IMG/VR virus record: IMGVR_UViG_3300025141_007995
Coordinates: 2,730-66,729 of that record
Source: a virus
Direction: 5' to 3' (one strand)
DNA length: 64,000 bases
A program made the position numbers and the translations under genes. The notes below the pieces were generated by a model that ran no database searches, was not told the origin of the DNA, and saw only the letters and a program-made list of their open reading frames with translations. This document shows, in pieces, positions 1-9,229 of this stretch (positions are counted from its first letter, which is position 1; each line of letters begins with the position of its first letter).

Positions 1-1
1 T

Positions 2-100
2 AGAAATGAATATATGTACGGATATATGGACGGTTGGAATAAAGCTCCAATAAAAATATGCCATAAAATAGGAGGTAGAGAATATAAATTTACAAAATGA
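2..100 (+). CDS. 3' end of a CDS truncated by the window edge
   Basis: Open frame ...RNEYMYGYMDGWNKAPIKICHKIGGREYKFTK; its TGA overlaps the ATG at 97 (ATGA). Confidence 0.55.
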   Translation, partial: RNEYMYGYMDGWNKAPIKICHKIGGREYKFTK

Positions 101-663
101 GAGTTTGCATCTATGCTCAACCTAGAACTGGCTCAACAGTTTTAAGTTCTTATATTTCTAATCAATTAGGTCTATTAAATGTAGTCGAACCTTATAATAT
201 TAAAAACCCTGCATACTACTCAGATGAGCAAGTTTGGCTAGACCCAAGTACTACAGTTAAATTCTTATTTGGTGAGTTAAGATCTGAACAAGAAACTTCT
301 TTACATCATTATTTTGATAAAGTAATAGTTTTAACAAGAGAAGATGATATATCAGGTGGTGAAAGTCATTTGATGGCATCAATTACCGGTAAATGGGAAC
401 CTTATAAGTATAACATAAGTAAATTTGATCGAGAAGAAAAGATTAAATTACAAGAAACTATTAAATTAAGAGCTGAGATTAGAAAGCAAATGAAAGCTTT
501 ACCTTATTTTCAAGTTACTTACGAAGAAATATTTTACAGAACAGTTGGAATTACGAATATAAATTCTTATCTTTGTATAAAGCAGGATAACTCGGATATA
601 GGTATGTTCAACTTAGAGCATAAGTATAGACGAGATCCTATAAATAAAAAGTCACTAATTTGA
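97..663 (+). CDS. Sulfotransferase-like P-loop protein
   Basis: N-terminal QPRTGST resembles the PAPS 5'-phosphosulfate loop; later VIVLTRED and VTYEEI motifs typical of the fold. Confidence 0.65.
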   Translation: MRVCIYAQPRTGSTVLSSYISNQLGLLNVVEPYNIKNPAYYSDEQVWLDPSTTVKFLFGELRSEQETSLHHYFDKVIVLTREDDISGGESHLMASITGKWEPYKYNISKFDREEKIKLQETIKLRAEIRKQMKALPYFQVTYEEIFYRTVGITNINSYLCIKQDNSDIGMFNLEHKYRRDPINKKSLI

Positions 664-1139
664 TAACTAAAGAAAAACTCCATAATCCTCCCTTAAGTAA
701 AGAGTGGATAATAAAGTACTTTAAAAAAGACTACTTAAAGAGATCGTATAATAGATTTCAATGGTGGAGAAGTTATTCACCTAAACGACCACCTTTAAAA
801 AGCTCAGCTTCTTTTAAGGATAAGATATATAACGGCGATTATGAGCACTCACCTCTTTTATTCGAAGCTTATTTAGCTGAATATAAGTTAAATGAACTAT
901 GGAATGAATGTAATCAAGATTATACTCAGTTCAGTGAACCTGCTTCTATCCATAAAATCAGGAGAAAGAGGTTATTAGAAGATTATACTAAGGATGAAAA
1001 TACTAGGTTAGAGGCTATACGCATTAATTTTATGAAGGAATTCAAGATAGATCGAGAGGTTTATTACAAAGAAGCTGAAAACTCTTCAAAAAATTTACAA
1101 AATTTCTATGACTATATGTCTAGAAAATATAAAACTTAA
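660..1139 (+). CDS. Hypothetical phage protein
   Basis: 159-aa ORF coupled to the upstream gene; no recognised motif. Confidence 0.7.
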   Translation: MITKEKLHNPPLSKEWIIKYFKKDYLKRSYNRFQWWRSYSPKRPPLKSSASFKDKIYNGDYEHSPLLFEAYLAEYKLNELWNECNQDYTQFSEPASIHKIRRKRLLEDYTKDENTRLEAIRINFMKEFKIDREVYYKEAENSSKNLQNFYDYMSRKYKT

Positions 1140-1167
1140 ATATTTATTAACATAACAAACATTAATT

Positions 1168-1467
1168 ATGAACACAATTTTCATTATTTTAGGAGTACTT
1201 GCAGTATGTGCAGGTGTCTATTTCTTTTTCTACTCTAAGGGAAAGATCAATGACAGAGACGGAGATTTTATCCCAGACGAAATCGAGGATAAGGTTGAAG
1301 ACGTAAAAGAAAAAGTTACTAACGTTAAAAAAGAAGTTAAACGTAGAGCTAAAGCTGTCAAAGAAGAAGTTGCTGATGTTAAAGCTGCAGGTAAGAAATT
1401 ATCTAGAGAGGCAAGAGACGTTGGTAGAGCTGTTAGAGGTAAAAGAGGAAGAAAACCTAAGAAATAA
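1168..1467 (+). CDS. Membrane-anchored coiled-coil protein
   Basis: N-terminal TM helix, DRDGDFIPDE acidic loop, K/E-rich helix, basic tail; TATTTAT motif upstream. Confidence 0.7.
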   Translation: MNTIFIILGVLAVCAGVYFFFYSKGKINDRDGDFIPDEIEDKVEDVKEKVTNVKKEVKRRAKAVKEEVADVKAAGKKLSREARDVGRAVRGKRGRKPKK

Positions 1468-1469
1468 AT

Positions 1470-1691
1470 ATGCAACAACAGGTAAATGTCGACATCAACC
1501 AAACAACAGGAGTTACATGCGATGAATGTGGAGGAATCTACTTCGAAAACGGACTCATTATCCGAGCAGCAAGTGGACTTCTCACCGGAACAGGTCAAAA
1601 GACTTACATCCCAATACCCGTCTTCAATTGTAAAAAATGCGGACACGTCAATAGTGAGTTCCAACCTAAGGAACTTGAGTCACTTGGCTAG
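1470..1691 (+). CDS. Zinc-ribbon protein
   Basis: CDECG and CKKCG pairs. Confidence 0.75.
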   Translation: MQQQVNVDINQTTGVTCDECGGIYFENGLIIRAASGLLTGTGQKTYIPIPVFNCKKCGHVNSEFQPKELESLG

Positions 1692-1794
1692 GTATTGTTA
1701 TTCCGGAATACAAGGACAAATTTATGGTGATTCCTCTAATGAGGAATATGATGGAGAGACTAGTTAGAGGGTAGGAGCTCTGCTAGTTAAAACT

Positions 1795-1818
1795 AGGGGC
1801 CTTCGGGCCTCTTTTTTT
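1795..1818 (+). terminator. Rho-independent terminator
   Basis: GGGGCC-TTCG-GGCCTC hairpin followed by T7. Confidence 0.85.
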
Positions 1819-1878
1819 GTTCTTTTAAATCTATTTATATGAAACCAAAACTAATAGGTTACTTTAAAACTGTTACAG

Positions 1879-2136
1879 ATGAAAAAAGTTAAAAAGATAT
1901 TTATGGATTTTAAAAATTTATTTAAAGACGATAACAATATAAACGAAAAGTCTATCGTTGGATTTATTGCATTTATAGTAATGATATTGTTTGCATTTGC
2001 AGACTTACTTACTGGTTATTTTGGAAAAGATTTAGTTATAAACGAATTTATATATGATTCATTTCTATGGATAGTGCTTGGTTGTTTCGGTATTGCTGAA
2101 GCAGGAAGAGCTATAAATCCTAATAACAAAAAATAA
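1879..2136 (+). CDS. Two-TM membrane protein, holin-like (true start may be at MDFKN)
   Basis: Two hydrophobic helices, basic termini. Confidence 0.55.
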   Translation: MKKVKKIFMDFKNLFKDDNNINEKSIVGFIAFIVMILFAFADLLTGYFGKDLVINEFIYDSFLWIVLGCFGIAEAGRAINPNNKK

Positions 2137-2140
2137 AAAC

Positions 2141-3337
2141 ATGAAAAAAATATTATTACTTACTCTTGCTTTATTAGTAGCAGTACCATCATTAGCACAA
2201 GAGGAAAAGAAAAAGAAAAACTTCTTTAAAGAATTATATACTGATTTTTTAAAGTACGGAACTTTATATGCAGCTGGTGATATAAAAAACTCGATAGAAG
2301 CTAAAGAATCAACTTTCTTTGTCAGACCACCAGAAGGTGGAGGTTTATATGACATCCCAGAAGTAGTTGATAACACCCCAATCTACCCATTCGATTACAG
2401 ATACGGATTTGGTATAAGAAAATTAGCTAGATTCGATTACGAAAGAAAACCAAAGAATTTTTACGATGGAACAGAAAGCCAATTAGCTTTTGTAGCTCCA
2501 TCTTCCGCTATCCAAGGTTTAGAATACCAATTACATTACGAAAGAGAAAGATTTAGAGGTGAAGAATTTGAAAACCATAGATACTTTCTTAAACACACAG
2601 GTAAATGGTGGATAGTAAAAGGAGAATCAAGAGAAGTAGGTAAAGTAAATCTTAAATACCAATCTGCTGAAGTAAGAGGTCGTATTCCGATAGGAAAAAA
2701 ACTTTCAATTTCTGCAGGTGCTATCTACAGAACCCACGAAAGACCTTACGGATACAATCCAGTTGAAATATGGTTAAATGAAACTGATGAAAATGGAAAT
2801 GCTGTAAATCCTTGGTATACATTAGGATTTGAGTATGGATATGACGATCATTACGTAACAACACAGTATAATGGAGAAACATTATATGATTGGTACTGGA
2901 CAGATCCAGATGGTAATATTGTAGCCAATACAGACTTAGAGTTTAGAGAGACTGTATTTACTCATTTAATGAACAGATATAACAATGAACAATGGGCCCT
3001 CTTAGATGCCTTTGGTGAGATTGCTCCTATCATTGGTGCAGATTTCTATCACTATAAAAACAAGTTCTGGTTACACGCTTACGCTAATTATATTTTACCT
3101 TATCACCACTATGTACAAGGAAATGAAGATTTTTCTTACTTACATAGAAATTCTTGGGGAGTAGGAGGACATAATGACGATTTAGATGGTGAACAATGGG
3201 AAGATTATTCAGCTGGTATTAATTTTGGTTGGAAAATTGGAAGAAATTTAGGAATATTTGCTGAAGGTGAATATACCAAAATGTGGGATACTAAATTCTA
3301 TAACTCAACTTTTGGAATAAACTATACATTTAGATAA
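2141..3337 (+). CDS. Secreted outer-membrane beta-barrel-like protein
   Basis: Sec signal (MKKILLLTLALLVAVPSLAQ), aromatic-rich alternating strands, C-terminal FGINYTF-type beta signal. Confidence 0.65.
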   Translation: MKKILLLTLALLVAVPSLAQEEKKKKNFFKELYTDFLKYGTLYAAGDIKNSIEAKESTFFVRPPEGGGLYDIPEVVDNTPIYPFDYRYGFGIRKLARFDYERKPKNFYDGTESQLAFVAPSSAIQGLEYQLHYERERFRGEEFENHRYFLKHTGKWWIVKGESREVGKVNLKYQSAEVRGRIPIGKKLSISAGAIYRTHERPYGYNPVEIWLNETDENGNAVNPWYTLGFEYGYDDHYVTTQYNGETLYDWYWTDPDGNIVANTDLEFRETVFTHLMNRYNNEQWALLDAFGEIAPIIGADFYHYKNKFWLHAYANYILPYHHYVQGNEDFSYLHRNSWGVGGHNDDLDGEQWEDYSAGINFGWKIGRNLGIFAEGEYTKMWDTKFYNSTFGINYTFR

Positions 3338-3339
3338 AG

Positions 3340-3627
3340 ATGGCAAAACAAATAGGCGAAGATACTAAAGTAACTTTAGATTTAAAAACAATTGGAATGA
3401 TAGCTGTAGGAATAGCATCGTTAGTAGGTATGTGGTTTGCAATACAAGCAGATATACAAGAAGCAAAAGAGCTACCACTCCCAGAAATAGACAGAATCGA
3501 ATATGATTTAAAAGATGAATTAATTCGATCAACAATAATGGATACCCAAGATGATGTTGAGGATATTAAAGAAACTTTAGATAAGATGGACGAAAGATTA
3601 TATGAAATGCAAAAAAACGGTAGATAA
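3340..3627 (+). CDS. Single-TM coiled-coil protein
   Basis: TM helix at residues ~18-35 followed by acidic heptads. Confidence 0.65.
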   Translation: MAKQIGEDTKVTLDLKTIGMIAVGIASLVGMWFAIQADIQEAKELPLPEIDRIEYDLKDELIRSTIMDTQDDVEDIKETLDKMDERLYEMQKNGR

Positions 3628-3630
3628 TCG

Positions 3631-4032
3631 ATGAAAAAGTTAGTTTTCTTAGTGTTATTTTTTCTACCTTTCTTATCTTTTTCACAAGAATATATTGACG
3701 ATAGTAATTTTGATGATAAAATAAGTGAACAGTCTGCTTTTGGAGATGACGAAAGTTCTATTGTAGTAGTAGAATTCTGGGCTAAATTCAATGAAGTTAA
3801 TGCATTTGCTGATTGGAATAAAGTAGAAGGGGTAAATTATTACAGAGTAGATATAGCAAAAGCTCCATCAGCTAAAAAAGAATACAGAGTCAGAATGGCT
3901 CCAACTATAATAATATTCAAAGACGGAATTAAAGAAGAATCTTTTAAAGCAGGACTAGATTTAGAATGCCCTGTTACATTAGATGAGTTAATAGAAGCGA
4001 TTGAAGAGGTCAAAACAGCAAATCAATTTTAA
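3631..4032 (+). CDS. Secreted thioredoxin-fold protein lacking CxxC
   Basis: Signal peptide; VVVEFWAKFN replaces VDFWAxWCxxC; YRVRMAPTIIIFKDG cis-Pro motif. Confidence 0.7.
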   Translation: MKKLVFLVLFFLPFLSFSQEYIDDSNFDDKISEQSAFGDDESSIVVVEFWAKFNEVNAFADWNKVEGVNYYRVDIAKAPSAKKEYRVRMAPTIIIFKDGIKEESFKAGLDLECPVTLDELIEAIEEVKTANQF

Positions 4033-4041
4033 TTAATAACA

Positions 4042-4599
4042 ATGAAAAAATTAGTATTATTCTTGGCAATGGTTTTACTGCTTAGTTGTAGTAAAGATGA
4101 ATTAGCTTTAGAGCCTATAATCGAAATGAGTCTTAATGGCGAATCTTTTGATCCTTATGAAAGGTACGCAAAAGTTAGAACTTTTGGTGGCACTAAATAC
4201 GCCGATGGTGTAGTTAAGAAAATCTTTATTTTATATCTTCAAATAGACGACGGCGAACCAAGACTAGACAGACAACATTTTGCTTTATATTGTTTGGATT
4301 CAGATGCAAACGATGATGGAGAATTATTAGATGTTGGAACATACACTTGGGAAAGTCCAGATGGTAAATATGCTGGTGTAGAAATACCAGGTAATGATGA
4401 ATATGTTGTCTGGAATGAGGTTATAGTACAAGATGCAGGTCAATTAGGTGGAGCACATAGCGGTTTGATATGTTTAACTGCTGAAGGGGAGTTTTTCAAC
4501 CCTTACATTCAAGCAAACATGACGGTAAACTTAAGATTAGAAAACTTTCCTATAGGAATAGATATTGACGCTACACCTTATGGATATTTGTTAGATTAA
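4042..4599 (+). CDS. Lipoprotein
   Basis: Lipobox LLLSC followed by SKDE, a Bacteroidota-style export signal. Confidence 0.7.
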   Translation: MKKLVLFLAMVLLLSCSKDELALEPIIEMSLNGESFDPYERYAKVRTFGGTKYADGVVKKIFILYLQIDDGEPRLDRQHFALYCLDSDANDDGELLDVGTYTWESPDGKYAGVEIPGNDEYVVWNEVIVQDAGQLGGAHSGLICLTAEGEFFNPYIQANMTVNLRLENFPIGIDIDATPYGYLLD

Positions 4600-4631
4600 A
4601 TTTAAATTAATAAGTTATATTTTAGTAGAAA

Positions 4632-4769
4632 ATGACAGAACAGCAAAACGGTAACACCCAGTTGAATGGTGTTAGAAACGAATTCAACGAAAGGTTAAGA
4701 AAGAAAAGTTTTTTAGGGAAAGCAAATAGAATTATCTGGACTAATCAAAGGAGGTATAGAACAATCTAA
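4632..4769 (+). CDS. Small basic hypothetical protein (45 aa, not in ORF track)
   Basis: MTEQQNGNTQLNGVRNEFNERLRKKSFLGKANRIIWTNQRRYRTI fills the gap. Confidence 0.5.
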   Translation: MTEQQNGNTQLNGVRNEFNERLRKKSFLGKANRIIWTNQRRYRTI

Positions 4770-4778
4770 ATAAAAGTT

Positions 4779-4985
4779 ATGATGCCTTTACCCTGTCCTT
4801 CTTGTGGACAGCCTTTAGGATTAAAGCTAGATTTTTTAGTTAAACATCCTGCTGTTCAATGCCCATACTGTAAATCCGTATTAAAATTTAATATAGATAA
4901 AGAATCCACAGCTAAAATGCAGAAGGGTTTAAAAGAACTACAAGACCTTAAAAAAAAGTACGAAAGCCTAGCAAAGTTTAGTTAA
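4779..4985 (+). CDS. Zinc-ribbon plus coiled-coil protein
   Basis: CPSCG and CPYCK pairs. Confidence 0.7.
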   Translation: MMPLPCPSCGQPLGLKLDFLVKHPAVQCPYCKSVLKFNIDKESTAKMQKGLKELQDLKKKYESLAKFS

Positions 4986-5075
4986 ATTATTTCTATTTAT
5001 TAATGTTATGCAGAATGGTTATGCTATCTGCATGCAAAATTAATTTTTTTATTAACCTTTTAACTTAATTTTAAA

Positions 5076-5669
5076 ATGGCAGCATCAATTGCACAAGATT
5101 TCGTAGGTTTACCGATTGAAGATCTTATAGTTTCTCCAATAGTTGGAATGGCTAAAGGTCAAGCGAAACTAAACAAAGTAACATGGGACTACATAAGTGA
5201 AGTAGCTTTTGTCACCGAAAATGGTAAGACAGTAGCTAGATCATTAGATGTAGAACTTAACAGAATAGCTGTAGACGGAGCAACAGGAGCACAAACTCCT
5301 GAAGTAGTCCACAGTAGAATTCCAATGTTACCTTTAGTTCCTTTACCTTCTTTAGCTATTACTAATGCTAACATTGACTTCACTATGGAAGTACAAACTC
5401 AAAACCAATCCTCAGATACAACTAAAGCTAGTGCTGGTACTACAGTAACTGGAGGATACAAAGGTTGGGGTTTCAATGTAGAAGCAACAGTAACAGGTAA
5501 AGTATCTACTACTAAGGAAAACATTAGAAAATCAGATAACACAGCTAAATATACTGTTAGTGTTACTGCAACTCAATTACCACCTACTGAAGGTATGCTT
5601 AAATTGTCAGATTACCTTACTAAAATGATGGAACCGAGTAATATTCCTCTACCGTCAGATAAAAACTAG
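5076..5669 (+). CDS. DUF2589-like protein A
   Basis: FxGLPIEDLIxxP..A..Q..L N-terminus, PMLPLVPLPSLAI segment, S/T-rich hairpin, PPTEGM C-terminal motif. Confidence 0.65.
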   Translation: MAASIAQDFVGLPIEDLIVSPIVGMAKGQAKLNKVTWDYISEVAFVTENGKTVARSLDVELNRIAVDGATGAQTPEVVHSRIPMLPLVPLPSLAITNANIDFTMEVQTQNQSSDTTKASAGTTVTGGYKGWGFNVEATVTGKVSTTKENIRKSDNTAKYTVSVTATQLPPTEGMLKLSDYLTKMMEPSNIPLPSDKN

Positions 5670-5726
5670 TAAAATAGTTGGTTTCTAATATAATTTTTAT
5701 TATATTATAAATAAAGGATTCTGTAA

Positions 5727-6212
5727 ATGGCAAAATTACAAATTGAAGAGCTAGTTAGCGGTCTTTTAGAGGCCGCTATAGTAGCTAAACAGATAAGCGA
5801 AAGGCAACATATTAATGCTTTAGCAAATTATTTCGATGATAAAGGAAATCCTATTTCTACTACGGTGCAAATAGGCGGTAAAAAAGTTACCGTTCCTTTC
5901 TATAGTATTGCAGATCATACTTCGATTGGATTAGATGAGATGGAAGTAGAGTTTGATGCTAGATTAGGTTTTGATACCTCATCTGAACCATCAAAACTTA
6001 AACAATCATTACTTGGTAAGTATAAAGGTAAGAAGAAATATAAAAGCTTAGTTAAGAATATAGAAGTAGATCATGCTCATAATCCTAACAATATAGCTTG
6101 CGCTAAGATTAGAGTTAAGTTTAAAAAAGATGAGACACCAGAAGCAGTGTCAAGAATGGTTGATGAATTTATAACCCAAATGGGTGAACCAACAACACCA
6201 GATAAAAAATAA
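5727..6212 (+). CDS. DUF2589-like protein B
   Basis: EELVSGLLEAA..ERQH..YF..GNP..VPFYSI..LDEMEVEF..TPEAVSR, matching the partner paralog pattern. Confidence 0.6.
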   Translation: MAKLQIEELVSGLLEAAIVAKQISERQHINALANYFDDKGNPISTTVQIGGKKVTVPFYSIADHTSIGLDEMEVEFDARLGFDTSSEPSKLKQSLLGKYKGKKKYKSLVKNIEVDHAHNPNNIACAKIRVKFKKDETPEAVSRMVDEFITQMGEPTTPDKK

Positions 6213-6215
6213 AAT

Positions 6216-6692
6216 ATGAAATTTGAAGTATTAAGATTCAGCTCTCAAAACGAATCCTCTTTAGGAGTACTTTTTGATGTTACTGAAGGAAGAAAATTTT
6301 TATGTTTCACTTTAGAAGATGAAGCAAGAAAAGTAAAAGTTTCAGGTGAAACTAGGATCCCAGCAGGTACCTATAATTTAGGTTTAAGAACTGTTGGAGG
6401 ATTTAATGAAAGATATGCAAGTAGATTTCCAGGTATACATAAAGGAATGATACATGTACTAAACGTTCCTAATTTTGAGTATATATTATGGCATTGTGGA
6501 AATGATGATGATGATACTATGGGATGTTTATTATTAGGAGATACTTCTCAACAAAATATATCTAAGCAAGGATTTATTGGAGCTTCTTCTGATGCTTATA
6601 AGAGAGTGTACCCTCACATAGCAGATGCATTAGCTAGTGGTCAAGAATGTGAAGTTACATATATTGATTATGATACTGCTATAGTACAATAA
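6216..6692 (+). CDS. DUF5675 / L,D-transpeptidase-like putative endolysin
   Basis: FLCFTLED, IPAGTY, VPNFEYILWHCGN..DTMGCLLLG (His/Cys catalytic pattern). Confidence 0.7.
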   Translation: MKFEVLRFSSQNESSLGVLFDVTEGRKFLCFTLEDEARKVKVSGETRIPAGTYNLGLRTVGGFNERYASRFPGIHKGMIHVLNVPNFEYILWHCGNDDDDTMGCLLLGDTSQQNISKQGFIGASSDAYKRVYPHIADALASGQECEVTYIDYDTAIVQ

Positions 6693-6693
6693 G

Positions 6694-7080
6694 ATGAAAA
6701 ATAAAGATATAAGAACTTACCTCTTCTGGGGCATACTTGGCATATTTGTTGGGTATGTTATTTTTGGTAGAGGAACTATTAAGGTTGATGTTAAAAAATA
6801 TGAAGCTAAAATAAATGCTTTAAATATAATTATTGACTCAGCTAGAACTAAGAATGTAGAACTACAAACTAAAATAAGTGATTTTGAATCAGTAGTGGCT
6901 GATGCTAATAATAAGATTAACAACCTTAATAAAAGAATTTATACAATTAAAAAAGAAACAGATGAAAAGATTAATAGTATTAATAATCTTAATAACGACG
7001 AGCTATACAAGTTTTTCGCAGACAGATACAGACAGTACCTCGATTCGATTGCAAGTCCCAATAGCAAAGTTAGTAATTAA
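6694..7080 (+). CDS. i-spanin-like protein
   Basis: N-terminal TM plus long coiled coil, directly after the endolysin candidate. Confidence 0.5.
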   Translation: MKNKDIRTYLFWGILGIFVGYVIFGRGTIKVDVKKYEAKINALNIIIDSARTKNVELQTKISDFESVVADANNKINNLNKRIYTIKKETDEKINSINNLNNDELYKFFADRYRQYLDSIASPNSKVSN

Positions 7081-7369
7081 AGACCTTCTTATTGGAGATG
7101 CAGCTAAAAGACAGCTTGTAGTTACTGATACTATTTTGCAGAAAAAAGATATTCAGCTTACAGCAAAAGATACTATAATATCTAATCTTAATCTACAAAT
7201 AGTTAACTTCAATAAAATTATATCTACTAAAGATAAACAGAAGCATATTCAAGAAAATCTTCAAAAAGACTTAGAAAAAGCTTTAAAAAAAGCTAAAAGG
7301 AGAGAATTCCTTTATAAAGTAGGTACGATTGCCGGCGGTGTATTTGCCGTACTTTTCTTAACCAAGTAA
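6962..7369 (+). CDS. Second spanin-like component (start reassigned to MKRLIVLII)
   Basis: Signal peptide, coiled coil, C-terminal hydrophobic anchor; overlaps the previous gene by 119 nt. Confidence 0.5.
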   Translation: MKRLIVLIILITTSYTSFSQTDTDSTSIRLQVPIAKLVIKDLLIGDAAKRQLVVTDTILQKKDIQLTAKDTIISNLNLQIVNFNKIISTKDKQKHIQENLQKDLEKALKKAKRREFLYKVGTIAGGVFAVLFLTK

Positions 7370-7396
7370 GTAAAACTATTTATACTAAAGAAAACT

Positions 7397-8623
7397 ATGC
7401 TTAATACATTTAGAAAAGGTTTTTTTCCTTTTATTATAGCTATCTCTGCTCTTTCCGTATCAGGATCAGCAGCTTTTTATTCAGTATACGGATTGAGTAA
7501 ACTATTTGCTGGAGCAGCTGTAGAGGTAATTATAATGGCTGGTTCTTTAGAAGTAGCTAAATTGGTTATAGCATCATTACTGTATCAATATTGGGATACA
7601 ATAAACAAAATTTTAAGAACTTATTTAACTATAGCAGCTACAATACTTGTACTTATAACCAGTATGGGTATATATGGATTCTTATCAGCTGCTTACCAAG
7701 AAACTTATCAAACGTTATTAGTTAATGAAAATAGAATTGAATTTTTAGATAATAAGGCAAAATTTTATGAAGACGATATTACAAGATATGATAAAGAGAT
7801 TGAACAAATACTGGACAATATTAGTACTCTTTCTAATGCCAAGTCTAGATCAATCCAAGTCAAGGATACCAGTGTGGCTGGAGGCATTCGAAATACGATT
7901 TCCACGGTTGACTTACGTCTTGCACAAGATAGACTCAGAGTTGAAGAAAATAACAGGAAAGATGTCTATCTAAGAAGATCTATAGCTGCAGATAGCTTAC
8001 AGAAGCATCAATTTGAAATATTAGAATTACAGAATAACTCAGATATAGCAGGTGAATTAGGACCATTAAAGTATTTAGCTGGACTAACCGGTACACCTAT
8101 GGATAAGATAATTAATATATTATTATTAGTTATCATATTTGTATTTGATCCATTAGCAATAGCATTAGTTGTAGCAGCAAATATGGCTTTTGCAACTGCT
8201 TTTCCAAGAAGAGAAGAAAATTTATATGGAGAAAAAGAAGAACCTATAACTACTTTATATGAAGAAAAAGATAGAGAAGAAGCTCCTGTTATACAGACTT
8301 TATTAACAGATGTAGAAGTATTAGATAATATGGAGAAGATGTTGAGTCCTACTCCTACAGCTACTGCAACACCTACACCTACCCCAGAAGCATCTCCTAC
8401 TCCTAAACCAAAATTAATTATAAAAGATGAACCTGTAGGTAATGTAAATGATCTTAAAACCAATCCTAATAATTTTAAAATAGTTAACAAAGATGGCTCA
8501 GTAGAATACTTAAATGAAGAACCTAGAATAGATATTAGAGGGACTAGAGCTTATGTTAATTTAAAAGACGGAAGAGAAGGTTGGATGGATAGAGATAATA
8601 GTGATAGAATTATCTATATGTAA
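7397..8623 (+). CDS. Multi-TM coiled-coil membrane protein with Pro/Thr linker
   Basis: Three N-terminal TMs, coiled coil, ELGPLKYL, FVFDPLA TM, PTPTATATPTP tract. Confidence 0.75.
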   Translation: MLNTFRKGFFPFIIAISALSVSGSAAFYSVYGLSKLFAGAAVEVIIMAGSLEVAKLVIASLLYQYWDTINKILRTYLTIAATILVLITSMGIYGFLSAAYQETYQTLLVNENRIEFLDNKAKFYEDDITRYDKEIEQILDNISTLSNAKSRSIQVKDTSVAGGIRNTISTVDLRLAQDRLRVEENNRKDVYLRRSIAADSLQKHQFEILELQNNSDIAGELGPLKYLAGLTGTPMDKIINILLLVIIFVFDPLAIALVVAANMAFATAFPRREENLYGEKEEPITTLYEEKDREEAPVIQTLLTDVEVLDNMEKMLSPTPTATATPTPTPEASPTPKPKLIIKDEPVGNVNDLKTNPNNFKIVNKDGSVEYLNEEPRIDIRGTRAYVNLKDGREGWMDRDNSDRIIYM

Positions 8624-8659
8624 AGTTGTTTATTCGATTAATTTTTACTATATTATATT

Positions 8660-8866
8660 ATGGACAAAAAAGTATACGACATGTTAAAGAAGAGTGCTGA
8701 AGCAGATAAAGCTAAAGCATTACTTTCATTTGAATTATTAACTAAGAATGCTGTTGGTGTAGGAGATCACACTACTGATGATTTCTATAAAAACTGTGAA
8801 CAAGCATTAAAGTTATTAGCTTCAGCAGAAGAAAGAATTGAAACTTTAGAGAAGTATTTTAATTAA
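8660..8866 (+). CDS. Hypothetical helical protein
   Basis: 68 aa with GVGDH motif, preceded by a GTTG..TATATT promoter motif. Confidence 0.7.
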   Translation: MDKKVYDMLKKSAEADKAKALLSFELLTKNAVGVGDHTTDDFYKNCEQALKLLASAEERIETLEKYFN

Positions 8867-8886
8867 AAATTATTAATAAAAGTTAT

Positions 8887-9228
8887 ATGAGTAAAAAAGC
8901 TATAGAAGTTTTAAAGAAGGAGTACCCTACTATTTACAGTGCATACAGAGAGATTCAAGAAGAGCAATTTGAACTCTTTGCTAAAAAACATCTCGACTAT
9001 GGAATGGGAAATGTATCAGCTGGAACTCAATTAGTAAATGAAGAAGAGGTTGATTTTGCGATGACAGGCCTTTGGTATAGATTATCTGATAAAATTAACA
9101 GATGGAAAAATATGATACTTACTAATCGTAAAACTCAGAATGAAACATTGATAGATACTTTCCAAGACATTACTAACTATGGAATTATAGCCCAGTTAGT
9201 ATTTAACGGTAAATGGAAAGATAATTAA
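8887..9228 (+). CDS. Nucleotide modification-associated domain 1 (DUF1599, all-alpha NTP-PPase-like)
   Basis: KKHLDYG..RLSDKINR..ETLIDTFQDITNY signature. Confidence 0.75.
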   Translation: MSKKAIEVLKKEYPTIYSAYREIQEEQFELFAKKHLDYGMGNVSAGTQLVNEEEVDFAMTGLWYRLSDKINRWKNMILTNRKTQNETLIDTFQDITNYGIIAQLVFNGKWKDN

Positions 9229-9229
9229 T

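Noticed and set aside
1486-1767. 93-aa plus-strand ORF overlapping the zinc-ribbon gene (likewise 7767-7973)
   Set aside because: Alternative frame within a better-supported gene, with no recognisable features
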